Origin: Antedon mediterranea
Lineage: Eukaryota; Animalia; Echinodermata
Assembly: GCF_964355755.1 (NCBI RefSeq)
Contig: NC_092677.1
Coordinates: 2,502,101 to 2,566,100 of the forward strand
Direction: 5' to 3'
Length of the DNA stretch: 64,000 bases
The notes beneath the pieces were generated by a model, which saw nothing but the letters and a program-made list of their open reading frames with translations, had not been told where the DNA came from and did no database searches. Numbering within the stretch: position 1 is the stretch's first letter; the number at the start of each line of letters is the position of its first letter. Positions 61,501 through 64,000 of the stretch are shown in pieces. The translations under genes and the position numbers were made by a program.

Positions 61501-63891
61501 CCACTCAAAAGCCGTCTAAGGTTTATTCAGTGATAATGTTTAGCCAATAGTTATAGGCCTACTTATTGTGACCCTACAAATCATATGCAAAGTTATTCAT
61601 TGCATGTGGCTATGATTAACAATCCATACTCACACACATGTTTGTAAAATTGGATATGTAAGTTACTACAATACTCAGTGAGGTTTGTGAGCATGTGCAA
61701 GTGTTGGTCATGCTCTACTGGTTTTGGAATTTTTTGTAATGAAATGCACTTATCATAGGAACTAACATTTTTCTCAGTTCGTGCAACTTTTAAAGTTTAA
61801 ACTCAGTAAAAATATTATTGAATTCAAAGGGGTAGCACACACACTGTATAAATGATCACTTCCTCTCATATTTTAAAGGTCTTACCTCAGGGGAGCGTTG
61901 GTAATCTACATCGCTTGCTGGGCTGTCTGGATTGCTGAAATTGGCGTTGGGCTAGAAGCGAAAATATAAGCAAAATACAAGTATGATAATTAAACAGTTT
62001 ATACATTATTTAGTTGAGAATGACTGTACTAAAATAGAATGTAAAGACCTAACATTGCAGACTTCTCAATTTCATGACGTGCTTGTAGTCTACACAGCTG
62101 TTGAGTTGAAAAGTCATTCTAAACACGTTGGGAAACACATGGATATACGCAAAACGATTGTAAGACTGAATAGCTGGTATTCTAGAGGCATTATGAAATT
62201 GAAACTGTCAACTTGATTTGATATATTTCTTTATTTGTTTCATAATTTCAAATAATACATTTTCCTTTCAGCAGAAGTTCATTTCATTACGGTATCTACA
62301 TAAATCATCTTTTAATTAATACATCTTATATAACTTACTCAGAATACATTGCTAAACAACTATCTATTTTTGTTATAATACAATTTAAATGTAAAAAAAA
62401 AATTATTTTGAGGTGCAGCAAACAAGCATTTTATTTTATAAATTACATGAACATAAATCAAACTTGCAATAAATTAAAAAAGTGCACAAACAACTTTCTC
62501 ATCCACTCAACACAACCTCACTCAACACACCCTCCCTCAACACACCCTCACTCAACACACCCTCACTCAACACACCCTCCCTCAACACACCCTCACTCAA
62601 CACACCCTCACTCAACACACCCTCACTCAACACACCCTCACTCAACACACCCTCCCTCAACACACCCTCACTCAACACACCCTCCCTCAACACACCCTCC
62701 CTCAACACACCCTCACTCAACACACCCTCACTCAACACACCCTCCCTCAACACACCCTCCCTCAACACACCCTCACTCAACACACCCTCACTCAACACAC
62801 CCTCACTCAACACACCCTCACTCAACACACCCTCACTCAACACACCCTCACTCAACACACCCTCACTCAACACACCCTCCCTCAACACACCCTCCCTCAA
62901 CACACCCTCACTCAACACAACCTCACTCAACACACCCTCCCTCAACACACCCTCACTCAACACACCCTCACTCAACACACCCTCACTCAACACACCCTCA
63001 CCTCAACACACCCTCCTTCCTATCCTCCATCTCCCTTCTCCCCTCTCTCAATTCAGACTCTATCGACTACAAAATCCCTAATACGATCTTAACCGAGTTT
63101 CAATAGAGTTGAACCCAGCCCTTTGTTTTCAAATGACTAGTGCCAGTCACAAACTTCTCTCAGACTTCATTCTCAGCATCTAATAACATTTTGGAGCTTT
63201 TGATTTATAACGACCGACAACCAAAATATGTCATGTTAACTCAATGTGCGCATGCATGAATATTTGGAAGTTGTGTGAAGGCAAGGACACATCAATTGAC
63301 CTGACCTAGTTAGGTCGTGTCGGTGTCACAAACCAAAAGCTCCCCATTTGTAACTAATACTTTTTAAATACATAAACATTTATCAGCTGGTGTGTTGGTT
63401 TGTAGAGCTATCTAGGATGATTTACTCTAGAGGGCTATAAATAATAAAGATGAAACGTTTCCTAAACACAGGATTAACGAGTGTTTAGTTAGCTGTTAAC
63501 AAGGTTAAAATTAGTAACAGTATTGACACTGTTAATGGGCAGACATCTCTTTAACATGACGATTATACAGTGCTATGTAAATATGCAAATTAGATCAACA
63601 TAAATTGTTAGTACAACTATGATTAAAATGTTTGATCACATCTTAACAAATCAATATATTTGGTAACAAAAGAACAAATTATAAAAAAAAAATATCAAAT
63701 CGAATATTTTGCAACAGGAGTTTTTAAAATATGCAAAATAATATGTAAAACAATATGCAAAATAATATGCAAAATAATATTTAGATTAGTAGTTGAGATG
63801 AGCAAGGTAGCAATGTGCTCTACATTACCTCTCGTAACACCGGTGATGTTGGGGGCGTTACGTAAAACATGAAGCCTTGATATTGTAGATC
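13549..63891 (-). CDS. ARHGEF12: RGS-RhoGEF (ARHGEF11/12/1-like, RhoGEF2-type), 5'-partial, 31 exons in window; RH-C1-DH-PH-acidic tail
   Basis: Manually spliced GT-AG exons give a continuous frame (4572 nt incl. stop). Family motifs: QIMCMEDEDF, RPAHMAVFLHY, RSESL, RSKSDVDLD, EIKRQEIINELFHTERTHVRGLKVL, QRITKYPLL, LLLDDILVLLQKQDERYVLK, PQIYELVA. Symbol is family-level; likely a co-ortholog of ARHGEF1/11/12. Confidence 0.95.
14068..15016 (-). CDS. ARHGEF12: RhoGEF large exon: coiled coil plus acidic/Ser-rich tail (unspliced form stops at 14051)
   Basis: Matches 319-aa ORF; ttttttcccag acceptor in frame with upstream exons; G|gtatgt donor. Confidence 0.88.
15088..16216. repeat. 25-bp G-rich minisatellite, ~45 copies
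   Basis: GGGTGATAGGTATGGAAGGTACGGT nearly perfect. Confidence 0.97.
16242..16409. mobile_element. Tourist/Harbinger-like MITE family A
   Basis: TIR AGCTCTGTCTACACTATCAAA, TTA TSD. Confidence 0.85.
16549..16640 (-). CDS. ARHGEF12: RhoGEF C-terminal exon (DLISEEKY...QRLKDLL), phase 1-0
   Basis: ttgtttcag acceptor, TTG|gtgagc donor. Confidence 0.82.
16919..17289. mobile_element. MITE family A with internally expanded 21-bp minisatellite
   Basis: Same TIRs, TAA TSD, about 12 copies of CATATCACTACCATATTTAGG. Confidence 0.85.
17329..17866. repeat. 16-bp minisatellite, ~33 copies
   Basis: TTTAACTGCTAACTCA. Confidence 0.97.
18137..18215 (-). CDS. ARHGEF12: RhoGEF C-terminal exon (PFSEDASSKDITQHLLRLSRKGKQTS), phase 0-1
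   Basis: tttgttgtag acceptor, G|gtaaga donor. Confidence 0.82.
18333..18927. mobile_element. Non-autonomous TTAA-flanked element, Kolobok-like
   Basis: TTAA on both sides; imperfect TIR AGCTCAGGTACAGGCA / AGGCCAGGTGCGGGCA. Confidence 0.6.
19035..19100 (+). mobile_element. tRNA-like SINE head or tRNA pseudogene fragment
   Basis: TGGTCCAAAGG A-like and GGGTTCGCGTCCC B-like boxes; no complete cloverleaf. Confidence 0.5.
19333..19421 (-). CDS. ARHGEF12: RhoGEF C-terminal exon (EFQSHVFDG...DIVNK), phase 1-0
   Basis: Open and phase-consistent. Confidence 0.8.
19664..20113. repeat. 42-bp tandem repeat x11 spanning an exon-intron junction
   Basis: CTTAACTTACCATTAGACCTGGTCTTATGTCATAGTTTGGTG. Confidence 0.95.
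20095..20228 (-). CDS. ARHGEF12: RhoGEF C-terminal exon (EVIVTPAAAPQ...RHKTRSN), phase 2-1
   Basis: tttttcag acceptor, G|gtaagt donor; open. Confidence 0.88.
20572..20776 (-). CDS. ARHGEF12: RhoGEF PH-end exon (KKAFFLVSTQITGPQIYELVAG...W)
   Basis: PQIYELVA motif and terminal PH Trp. Confidence 0.96.
21083..21250 (-). CDS. ARHGEF12: RhoGEF PH exon (DLHVLLLDDILVLLQKQDERYVLK...RNVAT)
   Basis: Strong family PH motif. Confidence 0.96.
21293..21421. mobile_element. MITE family A (right TIR truncated)
   Basis: AGCTCTGTCTACACTATCAAA ... TTTGATAGTGTA. Confidence 0.8.
21761..21836 (-). CDS. ARHGEF12: RhoGEF PH exon (NIDLTNRKLLHYGDLTWKIGKTKKL)
   Basis: PH start motif; G|gtaagc donor. Confidence 0.94.
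22204..22465. repeat. 66-bp tandem repeat x4
   Basis: CGACCTCAGGTGAATAGCATAG...ACACAAAGGCGT. Confidence 0.95.
22558..22736 (-). CDS. ARHGEF12: RhoGEF DH-end exon (…LSYVNQAVKECENQQKL…EYK)
   Basis: DH helix 6 motif; phase 1-0. Confidence 0.95.
22932..23052. repeat. Inverted repeat, 56-bp arms with 9-nt loop
   Basis: 22943-22987 is the exact reverse complement of 22997-23041. Confidence 0.95.
23311..23428 (-). CDS. ARHGEF12: RhoGEF DH exon (EAESNHLCRRL...QRITKYPLLIENL)
   Basis: DH conserved region 3. Confidence 0.96.
23835..23960 (-). CDS. ARHGEF12: RhoGEF DH exon (FDGAEGERMRKVCATFCENQ...)
   Basis: 126 nt, phase 0-0, family similarity. Confidence 0.95.
24227..24456 (-). CDS. ARHGEF12: RhoGEF DH exon (ELFHTERTHVRGLKVLDRVF...IFPNL...GDILLDR)
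   Basis: DH conserved region 1; canonical splice sites. Confidence 0.96.
24720..24915. mobile_element. MITE family B (GGGATCATGTCAAAAT termini, ACTGCAGTA subterminal repeats)
   Basis: Imperfect TIRs; related copies at 43809-43990, 54146-54362, fragments near 5692, 23750, 29730-30065, 47690. Confidence 0.75.
24939..25120 (-). CDS. ARHGEF12: RhoGEF exon, DH N-terminal extension (…PNWQENV…EIKRQEIIN), phase 2-1
   Basis: Conserved DH start motif. Confidence 0.95.
25632..25706 (-). CDS. ARHGEF12: RhoGEF exon (DVDLDTEKANSMLSQGSSSSSMST), phase 2-2
   Basis: Family linker motif, phase-consistent. Confidence 0.88.
26697..27730. repeat. 19-20-bp minisatellite interrupted by the Harbinger element
   Basis: AACATTACAATGTTTTAGT units at 26697-26790 and 27602-27730. 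Confidence 0.85.
26791..27601 (+). mobile_element. Non-autonomous PIF/Harbinger transposon with Myb/SANT-like ORF remnant (27143-27403)
   Basis: TIRs GGCCCTGTTTCTGCTGC / GCAGCAGAAACAGGCCC, TTA/CTA flanks, many subterminal ATACCGTAT repeats, trihelix-like peptide IYKDISKKI...SPKQVNSKLKSLRKQY...CPHYD. Confidence 0.85.
28419..28603. mobile_element. MITE family C
   Basis: TA-CAGTCAACTCTC start; homologous to 44089-44260. Confidence 0.72.
29792..29929. mobile_element. MITE family A
   Basis: TIRs and internal CCAAATATGGTAGTGAT core. Confidence 0.78.
31659..31882 (-). mobile_element. Penelope-like terminal fragment, partial tandem, degenerate hammerhead
   Basis: Reverse-complement homolog of 52194-52419; internal direct repeat at 31659/31751. 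Confidence 0.65.
32008..32199. repeat. 47-bp tandem repeat x4
   Basis: CCAACTCCACCACCACCACCAATACCTACTATCTCTACCACGGTTTA. Confidence 0.9.
32307..32350 (-). CDS. ARHGEF12: RhoGEF exon (GEEKIKATHGRRSK), phase 0-2
   Basis: Joins exon 25632-25706 to give RRSKSDVDLD (family RSRSDVDMD); AG|gtaggt donor. Confidence 0.85.
33084..33620. repeat. 18-bp minisatellite, decaying rightwards
   Basis: TACAAGTGTTCTGTTGCA. Confidence 0.95.
34935..35845. repeat. 36-bp purine-rich minisatellite, ~25 copies
   Basis: GGATTGAATGGGATAGAAGGGATGGATGGAATGGAG. Confidence 0.97.
36410..36810. repeat. ~100-bp tandem duplication with diverged extra copies
   Basis: AATTCTATGAAGGCGTTTATACAAGATTTGAGCTA at 36438 and 36540. Confidence 0.8.
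40268..40488. repeat. 29-bp minisatellite, ~7.5 copies
   Basis: TAATTTAGTGGGAGGAGCTAAAGTTTATC. Confidence 0.92.
41566..41683. mobile_element. MITE family A, truncated
   Basis: TCTACACTATCAAACTAG and internal core. Confidence 0.7.
43043..43206 (-). CDS. ARHGEF12: RhoGEF linker exon (…RRANLTRSESLQLK); alternative longer form ends at 42824
   Basis: RSESL family motif; two in-phase AAG|gtaac donors. Confidence 0.88.
43612..43737 (-). CDS. ARHGEF12: RhoGEF linker exon (GDRNLLSPDDVEGKPPVLSP...), phase 1-1
   Basis: ttctatccag acceptor, G|gtaggt donor, 126 nt open. Confidence 0.85.
43809..43990. mobile_element. MITE family B
   Basis: Homologous to 24720-24915. Confidence 0.7.
44089..44260. mobile_element. 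Tc1/mariner-pogo-type MITE family C
   Basis: TA-CAGTGAACTCTC ... GAGAGTTGACTG-TA; related copies at 28419-28603, 46863-47011, 16413-16527. Confidence 0.8.
44324..44461 (-). CDS. ARHGEF12: RhoGEF C1 domain exon 2 (NCDMTLHKTSPCIDKLDKGC...), phase 1-1
   Basis: Completes the C1 ligand set; ttttcag acceptor, gtgagt donor. Confidence 0.93.
45019..45130 (-). CDS. ARHGEF12: RhoGEF C1 domain exon 1 (GHHFVEFHCTGPVLCQHCNGLLWGVGYQGLQCQ), phase 0-1
   Basis: C1 zinc-finger pattern H-x12-C-x2-C-x13-C; ttttcag acceptor, gtaagt donor. Confidence 0.95.
45190..45398 (-). mobile_element. tRNA-derived SINE
   Basis: A box TAGCTTGGTGG, B box GGTTCGGTCT, (TAAA)n tail; related copy at 52593-52736. Confidence 0.7.
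45537..45699 (-). CDS. ARHGEF12: RhoGEF exon, end of RH domain (AMAAAITTFMKQVGV...), phase 2-0
   Basis: Open, phase-consistent, gtgagt donor. Confidence 0.92.
45730..45938. repeat. 12-bp minisatellite, ~17 copies
   Basis: GGATTAAAGGAA. Confidence 0.95.
46027..46731. repeat. 67-bp tandem repeat x10.5
   Basis: GAGATCCAGCCACTGATATTCACAGCATTGTCATTTTTCAGTG...CTCCATT. Confidence 0.96.
47034..47271 (-). CDS. ARHGEF12: RhoGEF RH-domain exon (…LLGDFRNKRFLGLGSIYG…), phase 1-2
   Basis: DFRxKRxLGL family motif; AG|gtgagt donor. Confidence 0.95.
47484..47613. mobile_element. MITE family A
   Basis: TIRs and TAA TSD. Confidence 0.8.
47764..48907. mobile_element. Non-autonomous DNA transposon, hAT-like termini
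   Basis: TIR TAGGGATA(C/A)CGA, direct flanks CTCTTAA, CpG-rich interior, no coding capacity. Confidence 0.75.
48945..48987 (-). CDS. ARHGEF12: RhoGEF RH-domain exon (PLRIQVEENVVQKI), phase 0-1
   Basis: ttcctccag acceptor, AG|gtcagt donor; phase fits neighbours. Confidence 0.9.
49191..49289 (-). CDS. ARHGEF12: RhoGEF RH-domain exon (FFYLVTDSY...WCYEIFSTFLAPTG)
   Basis: tttttccag acceptor, gtatga donor; 99 nt. Confidence 0.95.
49840..49997. mobile_element. Tc1/mariner-type MITE family D (related fragment at 19507-19640)
   Basis: AGTAGAAC ... CTCTACTG-TA ends with GGACAC/TGTCCC subterminal motifs. Confidence 0.6.
50060..50167 (-). CDS. ARHGEF12: RhoGEF RH-domain exon (LDEHGPFNDLESLVKRPAHMAVFLHYLISNSDPSSL)
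   Basis: Family RH motif; CTG|gtaagt donor; 108 nt. Confidence 0.95.
52194..52419 (+). mobile_element. Penelope-like element terminal fragment with minimal hammerhead motif
   Basis: CTGAGGA-c-GATCAA...TTGATC-GAAAC-GTC; homologous to 31659-31882 in the opposite orientation. Confidence 0.7.
52202..52245 (+). ncRNA. Minimal type I hammerhead ribozyme motif (Penelope type)
   Basis: CUGAGGA 52205-52211, stem II GATCAA/TTGATC, GAAAC 52235-52239, GUC 52240-52242, CTC/GAG stem I. Confidence 0.55.
52593..52736 (-). mobile_element. tRNA-derived SINE, same family as 45190-45398
   Basis: Shared TGGCACTAGGTCA.GA.CGAAC, TTTGAGGCTT and TCGCCAAT blocks. Confidence 0.65.
53098..53235 (-). CDS. ARHGEF12: RhoGEF exon with rgRGS acidic motif (QQIMCMEDEDFQSDGEN), phase 0-0
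   Basis: Matches the IIGxEDEDF motif of p115/LARG; AAC|gtgagt donor; 138 nt. Confidence 0.92.
53469..53737. repeat. 19-bp minisatellite, ~14 copies
   Basis: ACAGGGGTCACACGTGAAC. Confidence 0.95.
54146..54362. mobile_element. MITE family B
   Basis: TTA + GGGATCATGTCA; homologous to 24720-24915. Confidence 0.72.
54386..54505 (-). CDS. ARHGEF12: RhoGEF exon (STDLIQYSVSPDSDSAADSSPNTTPPR...EDGE), phase 0-0
   Basis: gtcttttttag acceptor, GAG|gtaatc donor, 120 nt open. Confidence 0.88.
57332..57760. repeat. 40-bp duplication followed by diverged CACTCAGAGGCTAG tandem
   Basis: GTCTAAGCCACAAGTCGTACTGGTCAGCGATTTCCTTCCA x2; GAGGCTAG...TATCTA units. Confidence 0.7.
59128..59313 (-). CDS. ARHGEF12: RhoGEF exon (LSQAGSHPRQRSSPE...DNSQ), phase 0-0
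   Basis: tttgttttag acceptor, CAG|gtgagt donor, 186 nt, matches ORF 59032..59313. Confidence 0.88.
59352..59466. mobile_element. Degenerate Harbinger-like MITE
   Basis: TGTTCACACT ... AGTGTGAACAGGGCC inverted ends. Confidence 0.5.
60742..61038. repeat. 29-bp minisatellite, ~10 copies
   Basis: AAGAAACTTGTGAATAAATTAAGGTGGTA. Confidence 0.92.
61260..61301 (-). CDS. ARHGEF12: Candidate small RhoGEF exon (DVIRERREKNRLTW), phase 0-0
   Basis: cgttttcag acceptor, TGG|gtaagg donor, 42 nt open. Confidence 0.55.
61886..61951 (-). CDS. ARHGEF12: RhoGEF exon (PNANFSNPDSPASDVDYQRSPE), phase 0-0
   Basis: ttcgcttctag acceptor, GAG|gtaaga donor, 66 nt open. Confidence 0.8.
62504..63015. repeat. 15-bp C/A-rich minisatellite, ~33 copies
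   Basis: CTCAACACACCCTC(A/C). Confidence 0.96.
63829..63891 (-). CDS. ARHGEF12: RhoGEF exon (DLQYQGFMFYVTPPTSPVLRE), phase 0-0
   Basis: ttttgtaccccag acceptor, GAG|gtaatg donor, 63 nt open. Confidence 0.6.
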
Positions 63892-64000
63892 CTGGGGTAC
63901 AAAAAGTTACGCTATACCTTAGTGTCATGCAACGTATGGAATACTAATTTATTAATATTTTTAATGTTCGTTTGATAATATTATGTAATGAAGGTATTTT

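Noticed and set aside
62408-63106. His/Pro/Ser-rich repeat ORFs
   Set aside because: Product of a 15-bp repeat open in several frames on both strands.

Overview
AT-rich, intron-rich animal genomic DNA (non-vertebrate bilaterian by inference; no prokaryotic features). Two minus-strand genes lie head-to-tail. (1) An RGS-RhoGEF (ARHGEF1/11/12, Drosophila RhoGEF2-type) spans 13549 to beyond 63891. I assembled 31 GT-AG exons by hand into one open, phase-consistent frame of 4572 nt (about 1523 aa). It encodes an acidic EDEDF motif plus RH domain, a C1 zinc finger, DH, PH and an acidic tail; the 5' end (probably PDZ) is outside the window. (2) An amyloid precursor protein (APP/APLP-like) gene starts 4.3 kb downstream, with a signal-peptide exon at 9206-9250 and an E1-domain exon at 1531-1698, and runs off the left edge. 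Most ORF-track entries are artefacts of minisatellites. Introns hold many minisatellites, MITEs, SINEs, LINE tails, a Harbinger derivative and Penelope-like fragments. Main observations: candidate frame-preserving microexons, internal first exons for an RH-less GEF, an 11-fold tandem amplification of a splice donor, an intact versus dead pair of minimal hammerhead ribozymes, a 56-bp hairpin, and APP/RGS-RhoGEF adjacency. All exon calls are manual and lack transcript evidence.
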